DNA of 64,000 bases from an uncultured Thermofilaceae archaeon. Its GTDB lineage: Archaea > Thermoproteota > Thermoprotei > Thermofilales > B69-G16. Below the pieces are notes generated by a model. It worked only from the letters and a program-made list of their open reading frames with translations, was not told the origin of the DNA and searched no databases. Every line of letters starts with the position of its first letter. Within the stretch, counting starts at the first letter, position 1. Shown piece by piece: positions 47,259-56,099 of the stretch. The DNA is taken from assembly GCA_964501905.1 (NCBI GenBank), contig CAZCTW010000009.1, positions 11,342 to 75,341 of the forward strand, read 5' to 3'. Position numbers and translations under genes: made by a program.

Positions 47259-47567
47259 CTACTTTAGCTCTATTTCTATTCTTACATTTGGAGGTACTCT
47301 AACTCTCATCAACTGCCTCATCGCACGTTCGTCCGCGTCCATATCGATTATTCTCTTATGTATTCTCATCTCCCAGTGATCGAAGGTGTGAGTTCCTTGG
47401 CCTGAAGGAGCCCTCCTAACAGTGACTACTAGCCTTTTAGTAGGCAGCGGTATTGGCCCCCTCATTTTTACTCCTGTTTTCCTCGCTATTCTTCTTATCT
47501 CTTCACATACTTCATTAAGGTCTTTTACCGAAGTGCTGACTAGCTTTATCCTGACTATCCTCGGCAT
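47259..47567 (-). CDS. rps10: 30S ribosomal protein uS10
   Basis: 102 aa. RIKL.S......[26 protein letters not shown]...HKRIIDM. Confidence 0.95.
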   Translation of the reverse strand: MPRIVRIKLVSTSVKDLNEVCEEIRRIARKTGVKMRGPIPLPTKRLVVTVRRAPSGQGTHTFDHWEMRIHKRIIDMDADERAMRQLMRVRVPPNVRIEIELK

Positions 47568-47608
47568 AAGAATACCTCTGTAAAATTAGGTTTAATCAAA
47601 AATTAGTT

Positions 47609-48904
47609 TTATTCGATTTTTTTAATGTCTACTACTGTTCCTGCGGCTATCGTTCTTCCCGAGTCTCTTATGGCGAATCTACCTAGTTGGGGTATCTCTG
47701 AATACTTTTCAATTACTACCGGCTTCAGCGGCTTAAACCTGACTAAGGCGGCGTCTCCTTGCTTTATAAATGCTGGATTGTCTTCTATAGTGGCGCCGGT
47801 TCTTGGATCTATCTTCTTCTCGAGAGCTAAGAACCTAACGGGGACAGTCGCCGTGTGGACGTGTAGAACCGGGGTATAACCCGCTGCTATTGCTGTCGGG
47901 TGGTAGAGGACGAAGATTCGCCCTACGAATTCATCAGCTACAGTTGGCGGTTTATCGGGGTGTCCTGCCACATCGCCTCTCCGGATTTGATCTCTGGATA
48001 CACCCTTTACGTTAAATCCTATATTGTCGCCGGGTATGGCTTGCTCTATTCTAACGTGGTGGGTTTCTATCGACTTAACCTCGCCGACTATCTTTGGAGG
48101 CATGAAGATTACTCTATCTCCCACTTTTAATACGCCAGTTTCAACTCTTCCCACGGGAACTGTGCCCACACCCTTTATGCTGTAGACGTCTTGAATGGGA
48201 ATTCTCAGTGGTTTGTCTATCGGTCTAACAGGTTCCTCGAATATGTCTAGGGCTTCAATTAGAGTGGGGCCTTTATACCAAGGCATCTTCTCGCTTCTCT
48301 TGATGATATTATCGCCGTAGAGGCCTGAAACAGGCACGAAGGGTATCTTCTCGACTTTATATCCTACCATCTTCAACAGTCTGGCGATGCCCTCTTTTAC
48401 TTCTTTGTAGCGTTCCTCGCTATAATTGACCGTATCCATTTTGTTGATAGCGACTACTATCTGGTTGATTCCCATCGTTTTGGCTAAGAATACGTGCTCT
48501 CTAGTTTGTCCGGCTGGGCTTATACCCGCTTCGTATTCACCCTCTTTAGCTGAGACTACCAGTAACGCGGCATCCGCTTGGCTAGCACCCGTAACCATGT
48601 TCTTAACGAAGTCTCTGTGACCAGGAGCGTCTATGATTGTGAATTCGTATTTATTCGTCTCGAATTTGTAGAATCCTAGATCTATAGTTAGTCCTCTTTC
48701 TCTCTCTTCCTTATATTTGTCTAGGATCCAAGCGAACTTCCACGTTTCTCGGCCTAGACGTTTAGCTTGCTCTTCGTACTCCTTTATAGTTCTTTCGTCT
48801 ACGAAGCCAGTAAGGTAAAGCACATGGCCCATTAATGTCGACTTTCCGTGATCTACGTGCCCTATTACCACCAGGTTAAGGTGCGGTTTTTTCTTCTGAG
48901 ACAT
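47609..48904 (-). CDS. tuf: Translation elongation factor aEF-1alpha
   Basis: 431 aa. [21 protein letters not shown]. Confidence 0.97.
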   Translation of the reverse strand: MSQKKKPHLNLVVIGHVDHGKSTLMGHVLYLTGFVDERTIKEYEEQAKRLGRETWKFAWILDKYKEERERGLTIDLGFYKFETNKYEFTIIDAPGHRDFVKNMVTGASQADAALLVVSAKEGEYEAGISPAGQTREHVFLAKTMGINQIVVAINKMDTVNYSEERYKEVKEGIARLLKMVGYKVEKIPFVPVSGLYGDNIIKRSEKMPWYKGPTLIEALDIFEEPVRPIDKPLRIPIQDVYSIKGVGTVPVGRVETGVLKVGDRVIFMPPKIVGEVKSIETHHVRIEQAIPGDNIGFNVKGVSRDQIRRGDVAGHPDKPPTVADEFVGRIFVLYHPTAIAAGYTPVLHVHTATVPVRFLALEKKIDPRTGATIEDNPAFIKQGDAALVRFKPLKPVVIEKYSEIPQLGRFAIRDSGRTIAAGTVVDIKKIE

Positions 48905-49005
48905 ACCTATCCCCTACGCGAGTCTGGTATGAGATATTCTCAGCATTATTTAAATCTTGCGTGTTAACAGCTAGAAAAAGGTTATTTCGGATTAAATATG
49001 ACCAG

Positions 49006-49098
49006 CGGGCCCGCCGGGATTCGAACCCGGGACCACCGGCTGTCTACAATTTGGTAATTACCGCAGGCCGGCACTCTATCCAGCTGAGCTACGGGCCC
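49006..49098 (-). tRNA. tRNA-Arg(GCG) with a 19-nt canonical (37/38) intron
   Basis: Acceptor GGGCCCG/CGGGCCC with G73. Anticodon stem CCGGC/GCCGG enclosing CTGCGG[TAATTACCAAATTGTAGAC]A. T-arm CCGGG-TTCGAAT-CCCGG. Confidence 0.9.
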
Positions 49099-49190
49099 AT
49101 GTCTACTTCCTCTATATAGTTTTTAAGACTTTCGTTTAATCGGTTCTGCTGAAACATAAGGTTGGCATTTGTGATATTGCAAAATATGGT

Positions 49191-50018
49191 ATGGAAAGTT
49201 TCAAAAAGAATAAAAGCTATTTTTTAATTTGGTGTTTTAGAATGGCAGAAGGATATGAGTATATGGTAAAAGGACAAAAAGAGGCTAGAATAGGTTTAGA
49301 CAGCGAAGAAGATATTATTCGTATGATAAATTTCAATGAAAAATTCCGTAATTTATTAAAGGAGTGTCTTATAACACTCGGTTTTAATCCCAAAGAAAGG
49401 ATAATAGCACGAAAGGATGGCGTGAAAACAGATATTCTCATACGAATCAATGAACAAGAAGAAATCGGTGTAAGTATAAAGTCAAGTACAAAAACTAGTT
49501 TTCATCAACTAGATAGAAGACGTCTTGAAGAGTGGAAAACGTTTCTGAACATGCCGGATGAAATTTTTGAAATAATAAAGGAAGCAATATTGCGAATTGC
49601 TAGAAATTCTAGAAATAAATTCATATTAGAAAAAAATCAAGATAAAATAAGAAATTTCCTTGCTAAACATCTTCGTGAAATAATAAATGAAATATTTAGA
49701 AAAGGAGAGCAAAAATTGAAATTATTCATGATAAATGATAAAAGGAAAAGAAGAATATATATCTTTCATATGGATGATGTTCTTAACTTTCTGTTTAAAA
49801 ATGCAAATAATAACATATCTTTTACAGAAAAAGGAATTATAAGACTTGGTAACTTTATGACGATTCAAAGAAAAGGTGGTGATGGAAAACACATCACTAT
49901 TCCCAAAACCGATTGGAGACATCCTGGCAATCAGCTGCAATTTAAGTTTTCTCCATTAAAATTTGCAGAATACATTGAATTAACAAAGGCAATTAAATTC
50001 TGTACTATAGATTACTGA
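49191..50018 (+). CDS. Type II restriction endonuclease candidate (PD-(D/E)xK-like)
   Basis: 275-aa ORF; likely start is MAEGYEY at 49242. KTDILIRINEQEEIGVSIKSS looks like a D...E.K / SxK catalytic strand. Converges on and overlaps the methylase gene by 14 nt. Confidence 0.55.
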   Translation: MESFKKNKSYFLIWCFRMAEGYEYMVKGQKEARIGLDSEEDIIRMINFNEKFRNLLKECLITLGFNPKERIIARKDGVKTDILIRINEQEEIGVSIKSSTKTSFHQLDRRRLEEWKTFLNMPDEIFEIIKEAILRIARNSRNKFILEKNQDKIRNFLAKHLREIINEIFRKGEQKLKLFMINDKRKRRIYIFHMDDVLNFLFKNANNNISFTEKGIIRLGNFMTIQRKGGDGKHITIPKTDWRHPGNQLQFKFSPLKFAEYIELTKAIKFCTIDY

Positions 50019-52074
50019 ATAATGCTTGATATAAGTCACTAATGATTTTTTCTGGGTTTTCAATACCGATAAGTTTGGCTATGGAGAGATCAAGTTTGTA
50101 TCTATATTCTTTGTTTAATTGTTCCCATAAAGGTGGAAGAGGTTTATTTAACACTTTGTTAACGTTTTCAATAACTTCTACCATTGCTTCTTTATTTATC
50201 GCATTTATATTGACTATAGGCAATTCAACATAGTCATTTTCTAGAAATCTAGTCCATGTTTCTGAAATTCTTCTACCCAGTAACATTAGAACTGAAATAA
50301 AAATTGTGCTATTAAACCAACCAATGAGAAGCTTTGAAAGAGTTTCATCATTGTTTCTAACAATGTAAAAATTCTTAGAAGCAGCTACCTTTTCTTTTGT
50401 GTAATTCGCAAATACACTTCTATTTTTGAATAGCAAATCTACTTTATCAGGAACAAAAACTTGTCCAAATGGTTTCTTAATTGTTATTTGTTTATGAACA
50501 TGACTATACCAGTATTTGCCGTAGGCATTTATAGCTGGTTTTGCTGTACCCGAACTAAAACCCCACCTAATATATTCACGAAGATCACTTGGCAGCTTAT
50601 TAATTTCAACTGGAGGAATTGAAAGCATGAACGTATTAACTTCGGCTTCAATTTTATGGCTATAAAGGCTTGGCTTACGAAGAGTTTTTACTAAAAATTT
50701 TTTATTTAAGGATAATTCAGTTTTAGTTTCTAAGTATTGGATTTTCACAAAATCACTTTCTTCTTTTGTGATTTTCCAGTATTTGTTTGGGATGAAAAAG
50801 AATTCAGGTCCGTACATCTCAACTCCTCTTATGATGCTACTCTTGCCAAGTATATCGTTCCAATACCCTAATGTTCTCTTTTTCAATCCTTGTTTAAATA
50901 TATTAACAATAATATTCCTGAGCTTACCCTCTCCGAATAAGGCTAGCCAATTAATGTCTAAGAATCGTGGCAAATTATGAAGATTTATCGTATTCGCATA
51001 TGGTTTTCTAACATCTCTTTTATTCATAATAATCTTAGCTACTTCTTCGATGTTATTATTCAACTCAATAAATACTGTTGATCTGTCTTTATTATCGCCT
51101 TTAACAGCTACTATGATCACTTCTTTAAATCCACTATCCTCTGAGAATGATGCTCTTGATTTGCACTCTACCATGGCATATATTCCATATTTCTTTCTTA
51201 GCAAGGATTTGTATCCTCTTCCATATATAGTATAAAATGTAGAAGCTGGAAGTACCGATATGAGCAAACCACCACTATTTAAAATATAATCACAAAGAAA
51301 CATAGACAAAGTTTGAAGACTCACTTCCCTTCGAGTTATGTACTTTTCATATCCTAATTTTTCTATAATTGTAAGAAGATAGTTTCGATACTTCTTTTCT
51401 AAATATTTCCATCGAGTAAAGGGAGGGTTCGTTAGGATAACATCTGCCTTTGGCAATTCGCATTGTATAACAAATGGTGAAGAAACCTTGGATATTTCTT
51501 TGAATGCATCTCCAACTATTACAGTAACAATATCCTTTTTCCCCTTCGTTACATGTAATAGCGATGCATAAGCAACTAGAGCTGGTAAGGGTAATGGTTC
51601 TATACCCCATGCTTTCTGTACTTTTTCTACTCCTATTTTTTTAATGGCAGTTGTTAATGTGGAGCCAGAACCAAGAAATGGATCCGCAAGAACGACTTTT
51701 TCGTTTCTTGAGCGTTTTAGAAATTCTTCAACAACTAGTGCCATAAGATTCGTTCCCTGTTGTATAGTATAATATGCTGCAAATTTCTTCCTCTTTTCTT
51801 GGGGGATTAACTTTTGGACTCTTACTTGACATTCCTCAATTGAAAGATTTATTTTCTGTATTTCCGATTTGATAAATCTAATTTCAGTAGAGTCTAATTT
51901 TCTTAAATTTGGTAATATTGGAGCATTCCATGATGCTAATGACTCTATGTCATCTTCATCACTGTATTTTAATATAGTAGCTAGGGCAGTGATAAAAATT
52001 CTGAAACTTTCTTTGCTAACAGGCTCTATTCCTAACTTTTCTAGTATTTTATTAGCTCTCATCTTTCTTTTCAC
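50005..52074 (-). CDS. N6-adenine DNA methyltransferase (gamma-class) with large C-terminal target-recognition region
   Basis: 689 aa. Motif I LADPFLGSGST, motif IV ILTNPPFTRW. Confidence 0.85.
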   Translation of the reverse strand: MKRKMRANKILEKLGIEPVSKESFRIFITALATILKYSDEDDIESLASWNAPILPNLRKLDSTEIRFIKSEIQKINLSIEECQVRVQKLIPQEKRKKFAAYYTIQQGTNLMALVVEEFLKRSRNEKVVLADPFLGSGSTLTTAIKKIGVEKVQKAWGIEPLPLPALVAYASLLHVTKGKKDIVTVIVGDAFKEISKVSSPFVIQCELPKADVILTNPPFTRWKYLEKKYRNYLLTIIEKLGYEKYITRREVSLQTLSMFLCDYILNSGGLLISVLPASTFYTIYGRGYKSLLRKKYGIYAMVECKSRASFSEDSGFKEVIIVAVKGDNKDRSTVFIELNNNIEEVAKIIMNKRDVRKPYANTINLHNLPRFLDINWLALFGEGKLRNIIVNIFKQGLKKRTLGYWNDILGKSSIIRGVEMYGPEFFFIPNKYWKITKEESDFVKIQYLETKTELSLNKKFLVKTLRKPSLYSHKIEAEVNTFMLSIPPVEINKLPSDLREYIRWGFSSGTAKPAINAYGKYWYSHVHKQITIKKPFGQVFVPDKVDLLFKNRSVFANYTKEKVAASKNFYIVRNNDETLSKLLIGWFNSTIFISVLMLLGRRISETWTRFLENDYVELPIVNINAINKEAMVEVIENVNKVLNKPLPPLWEQLNKEYRYKLDLSIAKLIGIENPEKIISDLYQALFSNL

Positions 52075-52246
52075 CTTTCTTCAACGGTTTTACAACAATT
52101 ATAAGCTCTCCGCCTTCGGCTCTGATTTCCCAGCTAAGTTTGTCTCCCTTTGAAAGGTTAAACTGTTTAACGATTCCCATAGGAATAGTTGTTCTTAAAG
52201 ACTTGCTTTTTGATGTAGCCTTAGTAAGCACGGTGATCTCTCCCAT
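52052..52246 (-). CDS. AbrB/SpoVT-like small DNA-binding protein (candidate R-M controller)
   Basis: 64 aa. RTTIPMGIVKQFNLSKGDKLSWEIRAEGGELIIVVKP. Overlaps the methylase start by 23 nt. Confidence 0.6.
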   Translation of the reverse strand: MGEITVLTKATSKSKSLRTTIPMGIVKQFNLSKGDKLSWEIRAEGGELIIVVKPLKKGEKKDES

Positions 52247-52268
52247 TGTTAATAACCCATCATAATTA

Positions 52269-52337
52269 TAGGTAAAACTATTTATAAAGATTTTGATATA
52301 AGATTTTACCTAATAATAGGTAAAATACTAGGTAAAG
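52269..52337. promoter_or_regulatory. Four 9-nt TAGGTAAA(A/G) boxes upstream of the AbrB-methylase operon
   Basis: TAGGTAAAA at 52269-77, its complement TTTTACCTA at 52304-12, TAGGTAAAA at 52317-25, TAGGTAAAG at 52329-37. The middle pair forms the palindrome TTTTACCTAATAATAGGTAAAA. Confidence 0.5.
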
Positions 52338-52539
52338 TGGTTGGCATAGAGATTACGCCGATATTAGGGAAACCTAAAAATAAAAGAGCAATAAGTGGTT
52401 AGGCCTGCTAAAGGAAGGTCTAGATCCCCAAATATAACCCCGCTTGCAAAAACCTTAGTGTTTTAATAGAACCTGTCTAGTCGGCGTCGCCTATAGTGTT
52501 CTGAGTTAAGTAACCGTTTGAACTTAGGTTATTGCTCGG

Positions 52540-53577
52540 CTAAGACTTTACCGCTACTATAATGAAGGACGTTATCCCACCGTGTTTTACGGTATACGTT
52601 TTCCTTAAAGCAAAACCATGTTTATTCAAGATACTTGTTAAGAGTTTTTTACGAGGAGTTAAGACACATAGAACTCCATTTTTTCTTAAGAGTTTATGTG
52701 ATTTTTTGGTTAAAAGATGGTAAAGAAGCGATATATCGTATATAGATTTCTCACGTATACCGAAGGGAGGATTCGTAATTATCACGTCGAAAAATGAGGA
52801 GGGGAAATGGCTATCCGCCTCTGCTATATCTAAAATTTCAAAGTTAACCTTTACTCCTGCATGGTCAGCGTTTATAGTCGCGCCGGCTATATGTTGTGGG
52901 TTTATATCCGAGCCCCATGCTTCCACATCTGGATTAAGGTATTTACATTCAATTAGGATTGTGCCGCTTCCACACATGGGGTCTAGGATTCTCTGCGCTT
53001 TTTCCACATCGGCAACCTTGCACATACAATATGCTATTAGAGGATTAAGTGAGGACGGATGTACATATACTTTATATCTCCTCTTGTGGAGGGCATTTAG
53101 ACCTGTTAAATCAATTCCTAGACGATACTTATCTTCTATTACTTCAAGGTAAAAGATTATGTCAGGGTCGCTGAGAGATACCTCAGGTGTTGCTCCGACT
53201 AATTCTGACATTGTTCGTTGGATATTTTCGCCTAAGAAAGCCGCTAAATCGACAGAGGAGAAGCAGTGCTCTCCAATACGTAAACTTCTAACCATAAAGG
53301 TCATTCGCGGACCAAGGAAATCGTAGAGTGTTTTACCGTCTACCCTGATAGCGATTTTATCCTTCGTCGTTTTGCCCTTTTGAAACAGAAGTATTACACG
53401 TTCAATGCATCTAAGCTCGTGCATTTCTTGAAGAATAGAGTAGTCATCTTCAAGAAACACATAAACTCTACCGCTGAGCCTTCTATAATAGACGTCCTTA
53501 ATCGATCTTATTTTCCTCATTAGTTCATCTTCGACAATTTCCTCTAAGCCGGGTATGGTAGTTAATAGAACCAGCAT
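52540..53577 (-). CDS. THUMP-domain tRNA (guanine-N2)-methyltransferase (Trm14/Trm11-like)
   Basis: 345 aa. N-terminal THUMP-like region, SAM motif I DPMCGSGTILIE, motif IV ITNPPFG. Confidence 0.85.
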   Translation of the reverse strand: MLVLLTTIPGLEEIVEDELMRKIRSIKDVYYRRLSGRVYVFLEDDYSILQEMHELRCIERVILLFQKGKTTKDKIAIRVDGKTLYDFLGPRMTFMVRSLRIGEHCFSSVDLAAFLGENIQRTMSELVGATPEVSLSDPDIIFYLEVIEDKYRLGIDLTGLNALHKRRYKVYVHPSSLNPLIAYCMCKVADVEKAQRILDPMCGSGTILIECKYLNPDVEAWGSDINPQHIAGATINADHAGVKVNFEILDIAEADSHFPSSFFDVIITNPPFGIREKSIYDISLLYHLLTKKSHKLLRKNGVLCVLTPRKKLLTSILNKHGFALRKTYTVKHGGITSFIIVAVKS

Positions 53578-53966
53578 TATTTTCTTCCGTATATCAACGA
53601 AAGGAAATACAAAAATTTTTCCCTTAGGAAGTTTCGTGCAAAGCTCGTGTCGTAAGCGAGGAATGTGTTGTAGTGGAAAGCGGTCATAAGACCTAGGAAT
53701 ATCTTTTCTAGTAGTTTTATTGGAAGAAAGGAACCCTTTATGACGACACGGTGCCCATCATCTACAAGTACTCCATCATCTATTTCTACCATGTGTTTGC
53801 TATTTTTTAACATTTTATTGTATTCCTTGTCTTCTACAAAAAGGACTAATATGTATTCGGGTACTTGATAGCCGTTTTCTTCCGCGACGGCTCTCGCAAT
53901 AGTAATAACTTGTTCTGCCTCTTTCAGTGTTAAAGATGTCTTTTCAAGTCCGCATATTTCGAACAA
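53577..53966 (-). CDS. Hypothetical protein
   Basis: 129-aa ORF. Its stop overlaps the next gene's start by 1 nt. No motif recognised. Confidence 0.4.
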   Translation of the reverse strand: MFEICGLEKTSLTLKEAEQVITIARAVAEENGYQVPEYILVLFVEDKEYNKMLKNSKHMVEIDDGVLVDDGHRVVIKGSFLPIKLLEKIFLGLMTAFHYNTFLAYDTSFARNFLREKFLYFLSLIYGRK

Positions 53967-54011
53967 TTTTATCGTTATTCTTATAGGCTAACCATATTTT
54001 ATTTGTTATCC

Positions 54012-54404
54012 TCACAGGTTTTTGTGCTTGGTTATTATGGGAATTATCGCTTTTAAGTAAGAGCTTTTTAAGGGTTTTTTCCTCTTTCCTTTAGCTATTA
54101 GCCATAGAGCACTAGTTTTCGTTATCATATACTTTACGCCATGGCTAGTCCGGCTATACACGTCAATTAATCCTTCCCTGTGTAAATTTTCTAGAATATC
54201 CTTAACTAAAGTCAGTATAACTGGCTGTGCTGGGAGTCCGGCTGATACAGCTATTTTCTTGGCGGTAAACGTTATCGCGCTACCTTTGGTTTTGCGTATA
54301 AAGGAGATTATGGTTAGGACCACAAGAGCTTTAACTTCTTCATAGCTCCTATAGAGTATGTCGGCTCTCTTGAATCTAGCCGTCATGAAGCTATTCTCAA
54401 TCAT
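54012..54404 (-). CDS. Hypothetical protein, wHTH-like
   Basis: 130 aa. ILENLHREGLIDVYSRTSHGVKYMITK resembles a winged-helix recognition helix plus wing. Confidence 0.45.
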   Translation of the reverse strand: MIENSFMTARFKRADILYRSYEEVKALVVLTIISFIRKTKGSAITFTAKKIAVSAGLPAQPVILTLVKDILENLHREGLIDVYSRTSHGVKYMITKTSALWLIAKGKRKKPLKSSYLKAIIPIITKHKNL

Positions 54405-54937
54405 TATTTTAAAATATTAGCGGCTTTTTCCGCGACAAATATATATAGATATTATCATATGCAAGAGGTCTGCATTATGAAAGTGAATACTTTAGGTTGT
54501 TTTAGTGATAGAGAATGATAGCTATGGAGCTTGACACCCACAACATAATGCCGCCGCGGGAATTCCTGCCAAGAATATCAACGTGTCAAAAATATTAAAA
54601 CTATCGTTAAAAATTTGTTAGTATCGTCAACGTCTTGTAGAATCCGCTGCTGAAATTTTACTTTACAGACTTGCTTGTACTTTGCCGCAAACTGGTTAAT
54701 GCGTAATAAATCGCTTGACTTGCTAAAGGTTTTGCGGTTTATATAGGGAGTGTTTAAGCGTGGCAGCTAAACTTGACATGTTAATTTGCCGAGACCCTAC
54801 TCTACTTCTGTAAAGGCAGAGAAGTAAAGGTCAGGTTGCAGAAATGTAGTGGTGGGAACTAACGGCGTTCTGCTCGATAACTATCCGACTAAGTCGAGGA
54901 AACCCCTAGAACTAAGGGAAAAATATTAAAGAGTGTT

Positions 54938-55180
54938 GTGGAAGGTTGTCTCGGTGGTATCTTGGGGAAAGTAAGACCTTTGTACATAAAGAGGGCTGCA
55001 AGGAAGTTGCTCGAAAGCTATCGAGATAAGTTCACAGACGATTTTGAGCATAACAAGCGAATGGTTACAGAGTTGACGGATATAAAATCTAAGACTTTAA
55101 GGAATCGCGTAGCAGGCTATATTACACGACTAGTCAAAATTGAAAAGCGAAGACAAGAGCAGAAAGCCATAGTCGAGTAG
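54938..55180 (+). CDS. rps17e: 30S ribosomal protein eS17
   Basis: [34 protein letters not shown]... The true start is probably the TTG at 54962 ((M)GKVRP). Confidence 0.88.
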   Translation: MEGCLGGILGKVRPLYIKRAARKLLESYRDKFTDDFEHNKRMVTELTDIKSKTLRNRVAGYITRLVKIEKRRQEQKAIVE

Positions 55181-55237
55181 TAAAGCACTATTACCTTAGT
55201 AGAATAGGTATATAAGCTTCTCTCAAAATTAAATATA

Positions 55238-55290
55238 CGATGAGGAAACTGACCTGCACTGACGCGTGATGATGTGTACCTCCACTGATT
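55238..55290 (+). ncRNA. C/D-box sRNA candidate
   Basis: C ATGAGGA (55240-46), 12 nt, D' CTGA (55259-62), 3 nt, C' GTGATGA (55266-72), 12 nt, D CTGA (55285-88). TATATAAG lies ~25 nt upstream. Ends against the trmI stop codon. Confidence 0.6.
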
Positions 55291-56052
55291 CTATGGTTTT
55301 CTGGCGAAAGTTATATACCCTGTATGACCTACCATGAAGGTTTCAGGTCTGGTTTTCCCCGGTCTAACTTTATAAGTTCTTAGCATTACTTCGAATGTGC
55401 TGCAGTCGATGAAACCTCTTGTTTCGAGTGTTTCAACTGTTTTTTCAACTTGATTTATAGTAGGGGAGAAACTTACGAAAACTCCACCATGGCGCAATGC
55501 GTTATATGAATTCTCTACGGCTAGCCAAGGGTCCGGGATATCCAGAAATACGGCATCGATTTCTTTCTCTTCTATCTCTTGGGTCACATCACCTAACTTC
55601 AGCACGACCCATTTATCCAGACCAGACATCTTTAAATTCTTTTTTGCGTTTTCCAAGTTCTTTCTAGATACATCGTAGCTAAAAACTACCCCGGTTGGTT
55701 TGACAAAATGAGCGAGTAAAGCGGTTAAAGCCCCAGTCCCCGTACCAGCTTCAACTACTCGAGAACCAGGCCCTATCCCCGAGATAATTATCATTATAGC
55801 TGCATCTTTAGGGTATATTACTTGGGTGCCTCTCCTAAAGTTTCTTACAAAATCTAGCGGCAAAGGTTTTAAAATTCTGAAGTTGATTCCTAGATGGGTC
55901 TTAATGGAATCTCCGTAGTTTTTGCCTTCTAAATCGCCTAGTCGGATTATCCCCTTGTGGGTGTGAAACTCCTTTTTGGAATCTACTTTTACCAAGTATC
56001 TTCTTCTCTTATCAAGGTATAGTAGCACGTAGTCTCCCTGTTTTATTTTCAT
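55291..56052 (-). CDS. trmI: tRNA (adenine57/58-N1)-methyltransferase TrmI
   Basis: 253 aa. N-terminal beta-domain GDYVLLYLDKRRRYLVKV, QVIYPKDAA, SAM motif VVEAGTGTGALT. Confidence 0.88.
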   Translation of the reverse strand: MKIKQGDYVLLYLDKRRRYLVKVDSKKEFHTHKGIIRLGDLEGKNYGDSIKTHLGINFRILKPLPLDFVRNFRRGTQVIYPKDAAIMIIISGIGPGSRVVEAGTGTGALTALLAHFVKPTGVVFSYDVSRKNLENAKKNLKMSGLDKWVVLKLGDVTQEIEEKEIDAVFLDIPDPWLAVENSYNALRHGGVFVSFSPTINQVEKTVETLETRGFIDCSTFEVMLRTYKVRPGKTRPETFMVGHTGYITFARKP

Positions 56053-56099
56053 GAATCCCCCCTGATAGCATTATAGTAACCAGACGCAACACTTAAATA

